Origin: Lama guanicoe
Lineage: Eukaryota
DNA length: 64,000 nucleotides
Assembly (NCBI GenBank): GCA_013239625.1
Contig: MU053493.1
Span: forward strand, 1-64,000
Direction of reading: 5' to 3'
The notes beneath the pieces are model-generated. The model had not been told where the DNA came from and searched no databases. It saw only the letters and a program-made list of their open reading frames with translations. Shown here one piece after another: positions 1-12,692 of this stretch. How positions within the stretch are numbered: the stretch's first letter is position 1; each line of letters starts with the position of its first letter. The position numbers and the translations under genes are program-made.

Positions 1-859
1 ACGGGAAGGTTCAGCATCCTGGGCCCGACCCACTTCTTCGGGGACTCCCAGCCACTACCAGTCACCAGAAAACGGGAAGCTCTTCTTGTCTTGGCTGACG
101 GCAAGCCTGGCCCGGCAACCCCACCTGGCAAGGGGACAGAAATCACATGCACGCTTCAGACGTGGGCACAACTTCTCAGAGAGCATGCTCCATGCCAATC
201 AACCTTTAGCTCGGGGAAGCCCTGTAGCTGCTACCCAGTTCACTTTTTCCCTTGTATGCCAATGAATATTTGTCTGAACCCACGAGTTTAGGGACCTTCA
301 CTTATGTGAGTTTTTTATTTTTATGCATGTTCACTTATTATTAGGGAGTTTAGCTGTACACCAGAATTTAATATATCATTGTAGCCTTTCTATCCTTCAT
401 TCAAAATTTATATACCAAGTAGAAAAATTTGAAATTAATAACTTATCCATCTACTTTATGATGCCGGAAATATTGAAACAACCCAAATATAAAACTGAAA
501 AATGATTATTTTCTAAGTACGTATGAAAAATTGAAGATCACTCAATCAATTAAATAAATAAATTAATGGAACTATAAATCATTGTTTGAAAATTTTAATA
601 AAATTCAGAAAGCTTTGTCTTCCCTCAGCCACAGTACTGGAAATTAGATTTAATTTGCTAATGTCAGAAGTGTACATGATGTCATTTCTATTGATCTCAA
701 AGAAATAAAAGGGTTTATAATTAATACTGTTCACTGATGTCTATCTACAAAATAAACAATCTTAGGATAATGGATAATTCCGAAAAAATCCATAAAATCT
801 ACCCAAACCACCTTTAGAAAAAACTGAAATTCTAAATGGATATTTATCATGTAAATATT

Positions 860-1200
860 TGTTTCCCTTTAAAAGTCATATCTTTAATTCCCAATACCGA
901 ACGGTTGAATTATTAATAGTTAGGGCCCTTTAGAAGTGCTTGGGTCATGATGGTGGAGACCAGGTGAATGTTATTTTATTCTTATAAAATGTTCCCCAAG
1001 AAAACTCTTTTATGCCTTCCTGTATGTGAAGTTATCAGAAGTCTTCTACCCAGAAATGGGCCCTTACTCTCCCATAAAGCCCCCCTAATCTCACCCTTCC
1101 TCGTATTCCATCATCTAAAACTCTGAGAAATAAATTTCTGCTGCTTATAAGCTACCCAGTCAGTGGTACCTTGTTATGCTGTCCCAAGCAGACTATGGCA
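860..1200 (+). mobile_element. MaLR LTR (MLT1A-like)
   Basis: 3' end 'ctgagaaataaatttctgctgcttataagctacccagt...tgttatgctgtcccaagcagactatggca' is typical of MLT1. Confidence 0.75.
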
Positions 1201-1269
1201 GTCTAATGAAAAAAGTAAAAGTGATTTACTCAATCAAAAACAAACAAAACCTTCCAGCAAAGGGAATCC

Positions 1270-1750
1270 TATGGCCATATGGCTCTACTAGTGATTTACA
1301 CCAAGCAGTTAAGGAGGGATTGACACCTATAATTCTCACACTCTTCCTAAAAATAGATGAGGAACAAATACTTCCTAACTCATATTATGAGTCCAATTTA
1401 ATCCTGACACCAAAGCCAGACAAGGACATCATGAGGACACCATGAACTAGCAAATGTAACAAAAAAAGAAGAAGCAGACTCATAGATATAGATAATACAG
1501 TAATGGCCACTGATGGGGAGGGGTAAGGGGCAGAAGGAAAACTGGGTAGGAGAGTAAGAGTTACAAAGTATAAAAACTATCAAATATAAAATAAGTTACA
1601 AGGATATGTTACACAGTACAGGGAATATTATAGATAATGTCTTGTAATAACTACAAATGGAGTATAACCTTTAAAATTTGTGTATCACTATATCGCACAC
1701 CTGTAACACATAATACTGTACAGCAGCTAAAGTCAGTTAAGAAAAAATAA
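1270..1750 (+). mobile_element. L1 fragments (ORF2 piece + 3' UTR)
   Basis: Translates LTPIILTLFLKIDEEQILPNSYYESNLILTPKPDKD (L1 ORF2); 'agcagactcatagatatag...gtacagggaatat' 3' UTR. Confidence 0.85.
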
Positions 1751-3547
1751 GTGATGAGACAGGATATCACTGTCTTCTTTCCAATCCTAAGAAGAAAGTA
1801 CTTTTTAAAAAACATTCTGGGTTGTACTTTTTTAATATTTGTCATTTATAACATAAATATTTTATGTCAGTATAATTCTACACATTAAGACAGTCACCAT
1901 GCAGTACAATGTTGATGTATCATCTACTTATAGCATGTTATCTATAACATGGATGAATAAATAATTTTGTGTTTGTAGGATAATATTTATTAAACCAAAA
2001 TATGTTCTAGTGCTCCTGTTGTTCATAATTATACTCAGGCATTTTCAATGATAGCTTTTCTAGGGCTCATTTTAGTATCTGGTAGGGTTCTTCTTCTCCC
2101 TGACATTATAATTATTAGCATTCATGTATATTTTATTAATTGTTATTGAGTTTATTTGAATAATCTTGTTGGGTTCTGGAGAAGTGAATACACACATTAA
2201 AATACATACATATGTACATACATAAATAAATAAGTTATAAAAACAATTATTACTTCAAAGAATTTGTGACAAGAATTTCGTCAAGATAAAAACAGAGTTT
2301 ACCTATGTCTAAAGTATTAAAGACCAGGCCCCAGGTAACACAAAACCTGTGTGATCATGCCAAGGAATATACAGACTGTTTTTTTTAAATTAATCGGTGT
2401 TTCAATTTTAGCAACAAATAATGATTAATGATTTAATATATGAAGTTTCACTACCTTGCCACTTGATTAAACCAATCTAATATCTCTTGTGAGACTAAAC
2501 ACAGTATGGAAAATTGAGTATTTTTTTTGAATTTCAGAAAAATGAAGTGCTACATGGTTCTTTATCATTTAAAACTTTCATGGCCTTAGAAAGATCTCAG
2601 AAAGTTTAATGTATACTTTTTCACATTATAAAATGAAGAAAAGGTCAAATTCAACATTGAGAAAAATAGCAATAATGATCCATAATGATCCTATGTATCT
2701 GACCGAAATGATCTAGCCAGGATGATCTCAGTCATAGGGTCAAAATTCTGAAATCATAATAATTTGCTAAGGAAACATCCAAGCATAGCTTAATTTCACC
2801 AAAGGCTATTTAATTGCAATATGAAATTATAAAAAGAAATTTAAAATTTTCCAAAATTCTGCATTTGACAGTCTACCTAAAACTCAGATAAAATAAAGTT
2901 TAAAATTTGGAAATGAGGGTAAAGACAATCACCAAAGTAAAGGACACATCATGAAAATATTATCCAGTAAGTCATGGAATAGATGAATGCAGAGATTTCA
3001 GGGTGTGGCACAGAGCACATGACATATGAATTTTAAAGGACCCTGGTGTAGTTACTCACCCAATTATCTGAAGTGGAGTCCTTCATGTCAGCCCTTCTAC
3101 CTCAGAAAACCATAAAAGAAAAAAAAAAGCAAAGATAATCTCAAAAACACTCAACAGTAAAAATAACAAAGCATTAAAATTGTCAATATTTAACACAGAC
3201 ATGGAGTGTTTCCTTCTTTTAGTCCAACACTAAATGAGACTTTCAGTACCTATCAGAGTTTCTTGACCCCTTCTTAATTCAATCTTTTGATTCCTCATTT
3301 ATTACTGAAAAACAATTCCTTTCTACAAATGCTATCTACAACTCCATTCAAAGTGAGTAAAATAAAGCAAGTCTTGGGTCACTCAGCATATATAAGGTAA
3401 ATACTGCCTCATAAGATAGGATTCTAACACCTTGCTCTGAAAGAAAGACATGGCATGCTTACAGCAGTATTATGTTGTCATGGAAGGGTCACCAAATAAA
3501 GCCAGGCTATAAGAGTCTTATTTGTCCTACTGAAAGGCCATTCATCC

Positions 3548-3614
3548 GGACCTCAGATTGACATCTGGAATGAGTCCTTCAGCATCCTCAGACAATTTTT
3601 CTCATCATCGATCC
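3548..3614 (-). ncRNA. SNORD109A: Box C/D snoRNA SNORD109 (109A position)
   Basis: 67 nt GGATCG ATGATGA GAAAAATTGT CTGA GG ATGCTGA AGGACTCATTCCAGATGTCAAT CTGA GGTCC; terminal stem TCTGGATC/GGTCCGGA. Confidence 0.96.
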
Positions 3615-4087
3615 AGACAAGACCCCCCCAACAAATAAGCATTTACATAGCCAGGCTCATTTTCTTCATGCTTTCTGTTTCATTATGAATAAAAAACAAT
3701 ACAGCACAGAATTGTACAGTAGGAATTTTGTTTAGTATTTGAATAATTGAAGTCTCATCTACATAGTGCAAAAGGCACATGACCTTGGATTTTTCTAATG
3801 AAATTAAATAAAATCTATTGAGAAAATACAAAAAAAAATTGAGTCAACTAAACTTTCAGGGAATAATGTGGTAATACTTGTAAATGATGTTTCAAATAAG
3901 GTGTGATTATAGTAAAATATGAATAAAACATCTAAATTCTGAAATGCTAGTAATAAAAAAATAAAATATTTTGGCATATCTAAATTTTATTAAAAGGTTA
4001 TCTTCACATACTACAAAATGGTAGAAAAAGGAAATCTATCAATGATTCCTAAATCTTAACCAAGTTACTTTAAAAATATTTTTTTTT

Positions 4088-4262
4088 ACTGTATAGCACT
4101 GGGAAATATATACAAGATCTTGTGGTAGCTCACAGCAAAAAAAAATGTGGGACAGGGAATATATGTATGTTCATGTATAACTGAAAAATTGTGCTCTACA
4201 CTGGAATTTGACACAACATTGTAAAATGACTTACTCAATAAAAATGTTAAAAAAATAAAAAT
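4088..4262 (+). mobile_element. Young 5'-truncated L1 3' end
   Basis: 'catgtataactgaaaaattgtgctctacactggaatttgacacaacattgtaaaatgac..caataaaa' + A tail; near-identical copies at 10841 and about 41860. Confidence 0.8.
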
Positions 4263-4466
4263 ATAAAAATATATTTTTATGTAATAAAGGAAAGAAACAA
4301 AAATGAAGATTCCTTTAACAAAGTAGGCATTGCTATGGGGGGGGAATCTATCATTAAAATATTCTCCCTGAACCTCTGAAAGAATGAGCCCACAGAACCT
4401 GATTTTCTGACATCACTGCCCACAACACAAACAAAAAAATTCAACAGCACCAGAGTAGCTGCTCAC

Positions 4467-4553
4467 CTTTCCTCCCTGAAGTATGGTGACTTGTTCTAGC
4501 CTTTGACCTGCAGCAACACATCAAAAAGAGTATAAATCAGATCAGAAAAATAC
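4467..4553 (-). other. Candidate non-coding host exon upstream of SNORD109A
   Basis: Acceptor ATTTCAG|G at 4553 and donor AAAG|GTGAGC after 4467; a further acceptor CTTTCTTTCAG|A at 3436 lies about 110 nt 3' of the snoRNA. Confidence 0.3.
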
Positions 4554-4971
4554 CTGAAATTCATTTAAAAATAAAGTTGGTTCTGTAGGAATTATTTATG
4601 ATGTAGGCATCCCCGTAATTCCAGTCCTAATCACACAAGTCATAGTTCCTTGGTCCTATACACCTTTATCTTTTCATTTTTTTCCACTTATTTCCTCTCT
4701 GAATTCTTCACTCTGCAAATAGTCAATAATCCCCGCTACCATACTGTAAAAATTAATGGCATATCAATTTTCTTTTTAAATTAGAAATTCTAAAGTTGTA
4801 CTCCACCAAATAAAGACTTTGTGAAAATACTTTATGATGGGTAAAATAAAGAGCACATGATAAGGGTGTTGTGAGACCTACCCTCTGGAAGTAAGCATAA
4901 GAATTCTGAAAAATCTACTACAAATGATATATAGAAATGGATGTGGAGAAGTGCCAAGAATAGAAAAATGA

Positions 4972-5062
4972 GAAGTGGGTATACTTCAGCAGCAGTGTGT
5001 GCTTAGCATGCATGAGGTCCCGGGTTCAATCCCCAGTACCTTCATTAAAGGAAGGAGGAGGA
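4972..5062 (+). mobile_element. tRNA-derived SINE (vic-1-like)
   Basis: 'gtgcttagcatgcatgaggtcccgggttcaatccccagtacc' with B box GGTTCAATCC. Confidence 0.8.
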
Positions 5063-5309
5063 AACAGAAAAAGAGATGATATATTTCATAAAATAAATGG
5101 AAGCTATAAAAAATAAGCAAATGGAAAAAGACAGAGGGGTAAGACATAAGTAAAATTAAAATGGAGTGAGATTGGTCCATCTTTTCTCAATATAGAATGC
5201 AATTTAGAATCCTAGGAGGAGTACATTGATAACCTAGCAAAGTTCTCTGAAGGATAAATGCTTGCAAGTGAACTGGGGAACTCAAAGTGCTAGGTAAAAG
5301 GGGCTGGGT

Positions 5310-5592
5310 CCTAAAGGCTATGTAATGTTTGATTCCATTTAAATGACATTTTGTAAAAGGCAAAATGATAGAAACAGTGATTGCAACAGATTGTGGAGCA
5401 GGAGGGTCTGACTATAATGGAGAAACACAAGGGGATTTTAGGGGTAATGGAACCCTTCCACATCATGACTGTGTTGCTGGATATACTGCTCTGTGTGCTT
5501 GTCAAAACCCACAGAACTGTACATGATGAAGAGTGAGTCTTACTGTATGTAAAATTAAATACATTATATAAAAGGTACAAATATAAAATTGA
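5310..5592 (+). mobile_element. Old L1 (L1ME-like) 3' UTR
   Basis: 'gattccatttaaatgacattttgtaaaaggcaaaa...gtcaaaacccacagaactgtaca'. Confidence 0.7.
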
Positions 5593-5940
5593 ACAAAAGG
5601 CTGGCACAGAACACTGGGCCTCGTGTTCACGTACTCACTCCATACGCCCATGAATTGAGCCTATGTGTTTGTTTGCAGGCACTCACTCAAAGGCATACCA
5701 TGTAACAAGGAACCAGGCACTCAGATATTAAAAGTTTAATTTGTACAAGACTGGTAGCATTCAAAGCTACCAAAACTATGGGCTAACACTGAGTAAGTGG
5801 GAGTCCACCCTCACTTGCTTACAACAGAATTACTGTACTGTTCAACAGCAGTGAATGCGTCTCTCAGTTTCTTCAGATTGTTCACAACGTATGAACATAT
5901 GACCCAGACATTCACTCAAAAGGGCACCTTTAATTTGCTG

Positions 5941-5980
5941 CCTATGAGAAAGGATAGATCCCTATGAGAAAGGATAGACC
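5941..5980. repeat. 20-bp tandem duplication
   Basis: cctatgagaaaggatagatc / cctatgagaaaggatagacc. Confidence 0.9.
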
Positions 5981-8900
5981 CTGAAGATCTTTTACAGAAA
6001 TCCTGAATTAATGTTGTATTGTGTGTTCATGTCTATTTAGTCTGACTTAATCTGGAACATTTCCTCAGCAATATTAATATGTTTGAAGACTAAAGCCAGG
6101 TTTTGTCAGAGGATGTCCCTCAGATGTGTTCTGACATTTCCTCTTGAGTAAATACACTGAGGTTTCTGCACTTTTGTCTGAGGTAACTACAGAAATGAAG
6201 CTGTGTTCTTTTTGGGGCTTCCTGTCAGTGACACCGGGTAGCCCCATGACTGACTGGTGGTATTAACCTTCATCTCTTAATTCCGGGGGTGTCTGCCAGG
6301 CTTTCCAACACGAGGTCATTTTCTCATTGTAATGGATAAGTATATCATGGGGGAGATAACCGCAGACTATAAAAGTACCCTGTTTCTCTTAAAATTTTCT
6401 CCAATAAGTTATAGAATCCTATGACGTTCCTGGTTGAAACAATTATTAGGTTGACTTTTTATATCCTGTCATTCTTATTATGTTTATTACAGGTTTTTGT
6501 AGTAAAGAACTTTACTTTCTACCCAGTTCATTCATTCCATTCGTTCACATAATTAGTTTAATAGCACAATAAACATCTTACCATCATTAATCAGTTTTAT
6601 CATCCTTAAAGAGATTTAGCATGCCCAAATGTTTCCGAACTGTATTGAAGTCAAAACCAGGGGCTGAGCTACTCAGTGTCCAGCAGTCCTTTCTGACAGA
6701 TGTAGTCTTACCCATCCGTGACTGCTTTCTCCTTCTGTACTTATCTTCCTCCTTCAGTATTCTCAACATTCCAGAGCCCCAGCTGTGAGATCTTGTATAG
6801 GTCCATTTCCCCTCAAAATACCAGAAGATAAAACGACCAGTTAGAATAGCATAGTGCTTTCCTTACATTATAAACCACACGAATTTCAAAACATACTTTA
6901 GTCACTGCTGTGGCATAAGTTATGTCATAATTCACTCTGCTTATCAAATTGATTGCACTTGTAAGACACAAGGTGCTATCTTTAGAAAAGTGTCAAAATG
7001 ATTACAGATAACTGGGGAAAGATGAATTGATTATGGAACACATTTTCAAATGAGGGAGAACATTTATAATCTAAACCACATGATCATAAATTACAACTGG
7101 AAAAATGTTCCAATAGGAGATTATGGCATTTGAATCTTTATCAGCTGGGGATTGCTTCTTTACTCCGAGATCCTCACTGGCCTTTTCACTGCTCTCTGAG
7201 TTATTCGTCTTTGTATTGCCTGTCATCAAGTCAATGTCAAAGTTGATTTCTTCCATTTAGTGATACTCCTATAACTGGCCTTTTCTCTTTGGACTTTGAT
7301 CTGTGCCCCATGGCATCCCAGTGATCTATCAAATGGTTTCTGCTGAGGAACACAGTGCCCCATATCCTAAGCACTGGCATCCCATATTTCTAGAGGTCAT
7401 TCTTTGTAGATTTATACCACAGAATTTTCCACAAACCAGTGTCATTTTCATCTTTTTCCTCCTGTTCCTGCAATATCCCAACACTTACACTTATTAGCCT
7501 GAAGAACTAAACTTGAGAATTCTCATGGCTTGACCTTAAAAACACAAAAAGAATAAATGTGACCTCAGGAATGTGTGTCTTCCTCCCATATATGTGGAGG
7601 TTTATCAAAATATAAGTATTTTTAATTATCATCTTCCAAAGTCTGTGAAATCATAGGGTTGTGATTTTTTTGTTTTTTGTTTTTAAAGTTGTGATTAGCA
7701 GAATAAATTACACAATCAAATTGAGCTTCAAACTCAGCTTCTATTTTCTTATTTTAAAAAAGGAATGAATATCCTACTCTGTATGGTTATTATTAGCATT
7801 AAATGAGAAATGAGATAATCCATGAAAAAGTGTTTATCTCAGCATGTGGTATGTATCTTAAGAATTAAATGAATGCTATATATAATTGAAATATACAAAT
7901 ATTTGAAAATACATACCACACATGCGCACCCACACAAACAGTAAAATAATGACCAAACTCGCTATCAACACTTTTGAACATTCTTCCTATAAAATTGGTT
8001 TATTGGCCATATCCAAACACATACATATATCATTTTCTGTGAATGAAATACAACATTAATGCCTTACACATATTCAATACTCAATAACTGATGAACAAAT
8101 TAACTTTTCAAAAAATCTGGATTTTCATGCCAATTAATTTCAACATACATTACCATATATAACTGAATACAATTCAATGAGATAAATGTATCATCACTAA
8201 TGCCCTAGCTATAGGACTTGATAAACAGATTACTTATAATTTCACAGGTACAGCTAAGGCTGTAATGAGTATCCTTGGGTTTACATATATTTTTGAACAC
8301 TCCGTATTATTATCCTATAGGTAAATTTCTAAAAATAAAGTTGTTACTCAAAATGTACTAATTTACAATACATATTTTCACTGTTTATTTGAAAGAGTGT
8401 AATGTACAAGGAATCCCAATTTCTCCACAATTTAACAAATATACCTGTTAATCTAATAGGTGAAAAGAGTAATTGTTAATTTACTTCATTATATGTGTGT
8501 GTCTGTGTTTAAACACACACATATATTTAATTATCCCATGATATATTTATAACAATTGATAATTATGTAATATATATTTAATACTTTTATCACAAAGATT
8601 GATAAGCTAGAGCATATTTTATAGGTTTTTGGCCATTCACAATACCTTCCTTATGTAAGTTATTCATTTATGTGCTTTACCACTTTTGTAGTGGGATTCT
8701 TGCCTTTTTCTAATTGATTTGGGTGAGTCTTTCATAGAATATTAACACTAAATTGGTCATATAAGTTTCAAGTAAATATATATGTAAATTTTCAATTGAC
8801 TGCAAAATAAGAAATAGCCCAAATTTAATTTTAAATTAGTAAAGTTTTACACATATTTTTCTGTTCTCTAAATCCTCCAGTGCAGATAACATGCACGTAC

Positions 8901-9459
8901 AAGAGAAAACTTAGAGAACACAGTTCAATTGGATTAAAAATTGTGTCCATTAGCTATTCATATTGTTGAATCTATCACATTTTTATAAACTAGATTAAAT
9001 AATAGCCTTGGAATATACAGATCTTATTCTAAGATGCTGAAACAATTACAAAAACTGCTCAGATGAAGTAGACTGACGTCAATGCCTAAAGAGATCGGAT
9101 ACCACCAAGGAAGCTGAGACACAACATTTTGACTTGAAGTGTGCTGAAGAGGAAAAAAGGTAGGCAAGATTTTGGACACAGTCCTTGGAAACTTTATAAA
9201 TGGAATGTGGGGAAACATGCTCAATTTAAAATTATACTTTATTGATTGTAACTGGAAAGGGGTTCACATCAGGCCAGCCACTAATACAGTGCTTGTTTTA
9301 CATTGTTTAGGGTATGGTGGCATGTAGCATTAATTTATAGAACTCTCATGAATAAGATTTGGCAGAAGAGCTAAAAACAATGTGGGGGAATAATTTTCAG
9401 ATAATTTTATGATATGGTGGGGTTAGTCTGATTATTCTCCAGGTTCTGGTTTAACCAGG

Positions 9460-9660
9460 ATGTGGACTCAAGCCCAGTCTGCTGTTGTAAATAAAGTTTT
9501 ATTGAAACACAGCCACACTCATGCAATTACACCTTGTGTTTGGCTGCTTCCACACTACAATAGCAGAGTAGATTGGCTGCAATGGAGATCATAAATCCTA
9601 AGAACATCTGAAATTGTTTGTTATTTGGCCCTTTACAGAAAAAGTTTGCCAATCTATGGT
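9460..9660 (+). mobile_element. MER58A-like hAT-Charlie DNA transposon
   Basis: 'gtaaataaagttttattgaaacacagccac...tggccctttacagaaaaagtttgccaa'. Confidence 0.85.
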
Positions 9661-10018
9661 CAAACTTAATGTAGACTAGGGTGATAATTCCATGTAATTA
9701 AAATTGAGTTTTAAAATATAGAAGGCATAGGTGGACTGAAAAGTCAGAGTTATCATATTTAGACTAAATTTTCTCATGTAAGCTGACATAAAATGGAGGC
9801 AGCTCTATTTTGACTTTTCAAATGCAAGCAGAGTAGTAAGTCCAGAGTTCCTGCTAGATGAGTCTCTGAGTTAACAGCCCTCAGGCCTCATGTTCTCTTC
9901 TTGCTTTCTCCTGATAAATCACCACCTTGGAGACCACTATCATCAGTGCCCTTTCTCATGGGATGTAACTCCCTTGGCTCTCCATTGCCATGCTCTTCTG
10001 CCTATTATACCTAATAGC

Positions 10019-10200
10019 AGGATGGATGGGTGGAGGGATGGACAGATACATACACACATACATAAAAGATAGGTGACAAGATGGGTGAATGAACAATGAT
10101 GACATCTATTAATAGGTAAGATGGGCAGATGATAGGTAGAGATGCACAAATCACAGATGATAAAGTGATAGATTGGTAGACAGATGATAGATAAACGTAG
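10019..10200. repeat. Degenerate (GGAT)/(GATA) simple repeat
   Basis: ggatggatgggtggagggatgg...gatagattggtagacagatgatagata. Confidence 0.75.
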
Positions 10201-10840
10201 AATGGGGCAGAATCTGAGAATCATTAACATAAAGACATTACAATACCAAAGTGTTCCTCAAAATTGAGCACTTCTGTTTCCAAAGGAACTTACTTATCTT
10301 ACATGTCCATTGGAATATTATTTCTAAATGTCTCATAAGATCATAGGATAGTAGTATGTTTCGGTGATGGTGTACAACAGCTTCCCCTTTCCTATATGAC
10401 TGTCACTGGGGGTGACATGTGGGAATCATGTCAAAGTGAAAAAATGCACCATTCAAATCAAATAGATATAATTGCAATGTTAATGTCATCTTCTTTATAT
10501 TCAGAGGTTGTGAGGTAACTATTTCCCACTTATCCTCAATAAAAAATGTTATTTCAAGAGATAGATCTATTTTGTTAAGAGAACTCATATCAGATGTTTA
10601 AAACACAGTACAATTCACAAAATATTCTATATTTCTGTTTGACCAAATGGTAATATCATCAATTAACTAAATTAATTAATTACATTTATTTAATTAGTAA
10701 TTAAATATTTGTAACATCAATTCACTTTCTTTTTTACCTTGTTTTTTTCTCTTTAACAAAGTCACTCATTTACTCTCTTACTCTTTTGTTATAAATACCA
10801 TGAAAGCAAAACCATCCATTTAAAAATATGGAATGATTAT

Positions 10841-10934
10841 GAGTGTGTATATGTCCATGAATGACTGAAAAATTGTGCTGAACACTGGAATTTGACACAA
10901 CATTGTAAAATTATAAATCAATAAAAAAATGTTA
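10841..10934 (+). mobile_element. Very short L1 3'-end insertion with 19-bp TSD
   Basis: TSD aaaaatatggaatgattat at 10822-10840 and 10935-10953; TT/AAAA endonuclease site. Confidence 0.9.
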
Positions 10935-11489
10935 AAAAATATGGAATGATTATTTTCTGTATGACTTTTTGGGTAAGACAAGAATATAAATGAAACCAAT
11001 TTCCTGTCAAAAGGAGCTCATTTTTTTCATAACCGTTAAGGGACACAGAGAGCAAAACGTAAAACAAATTGTTTAGTTAAGAACTCTTCATAACTATGCT
11101 TGCTAAGTATCTATCACATCCTGCTTTGCTGCCAAAATTTTTGTTTCAACTATTTTATATAATAACTATCCAAATAATGGATTTTTCAATGAAGGCCAGA
11201 AAACTGGAATACTATCTTTAAAGTACATTCCTTCCTAATCCAGATGAGCTCTAAGTTCCTAGTATCTCCCTAGAAGGAGCTTGTACTCTTCCTGCTTTTA
11301 TAGCTGCTGCCCAAGAAATGGGTCTTCGTCAATGATATAACTAAAGGGGCTTCCATTCACAAGTTCCACAGGACTCTAGCAAATAAAGAAGCAATTCCTA
11401 GCTGACTATCCCCTTGGAGCTTAGCATAAAATGACCAAGAAAAATTAGCTATCTCACAATCTTTCCCTGAAAGAGGTTTATCTGCACAC

Positions 11490-12692
11490 TGTATATGATG
11501 GAAATGTACACCATGTTCTTGGACTGGAAAGGTTAATATTGTTAAAATGAGCATACTACACAAAATAATCTACAAATTCAATGCAATCCCTATCTAAATA
11601 CCAATGGCATTTTTTCATAGAAGTAGAGCAAATAATTTTAAATTTGTTTGAAAAAAAACAAAAGATCCCAAATAGCCAAAACAATTTCGAGAAAGAAGAA
11701 CATAGCTGGAGAAATCATATTCCCTTACTTCAGACTATACTACAAAAGTACAGTAATCAAAACAGTATGGTACTGGCACAAATCCAGATACATAGATAAA
11801 TGGAACAGAATAGACAGCCCAGAAATAAATCCACACACTTATGGTCAATTAATCTGTGACAAAGGAGGCAAGAATACACAATGGGAAAAAAAAAGTCTCT
11901 TCAGTAAGTGATGTTGGGAAAACAGGACAGCTACATGTAAAAGAATGAAATTAAAATATTCTCTAACATCATATACAAAAACAAACTCAAAATGGATTAA
12001 AGATAAAATGTAAGATTATATACTATAAAACTCCTAGAGGAAAACATAGGCAGAATGCTCTTTGACATGGATCTGAGCAATATTTTTTAGATCTGTCTCC
12101 TAAAGCAAAGGAAATAAAAGCAAAAATAAATAAATGGGACCTAATTAAACTTAGAAGCTTTTACACAGCAAAGGAAACCATGAACAAAACAAAAAGGCAA
12201 TCTACTGAGTGAGAGGAAATATTTGCAAATGATATGACCAATAAGGGGTTGACATCTAAAATACATGAACAGCTCATACAACTCAATATCCCCCCCAAAA
12301 TAATAATAATAATAAAAAAAAGTCAGAGGACTTGAACAGACATTTTTCCAAATAAGACATGCAGATGGGCAGAGGCACATGAAAAGATGCTTCATATCAC
12401 TAATAATCATCAGGGAAATGCAAATCAAAACCACAATGAGGTATTACTACACACCTGTCAGAATGGCCGTCATCAAAAAGAACACAAATAACAAATGTTG
12501 GCAAGGATGTGGAGAAAAGGGGACCCTTGTACACTGTTGGTGAGAAAATAAATAGATGTAGACACTGTGGAAAACAGTACAGAGGTTTCCCAAAAAACTA
12601 AAAATAGAACTGCCACATGACCCAGCAATTCCACTCTTGGGTATATATCTAAAAACACCAGAACGGTGATTCAAAAAGATACATGCACCCCA
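11490..12692 (+). mobile_element. L1 ORF2 3' part (host element, left half)
   Basis: Frameshifted ORF2 peptides ([45 protein letters not shown]). Confidence 0.95.

Noticed and set aside
7141..7230. TGATGA...CTGA pair on the minus strand
   Set aside because: No terminal stem and no family similarity
9880..9948. CTGATGA...CTGA pair on the minus strand
   Set aside because: Flanks not complementary; non-consensus C box
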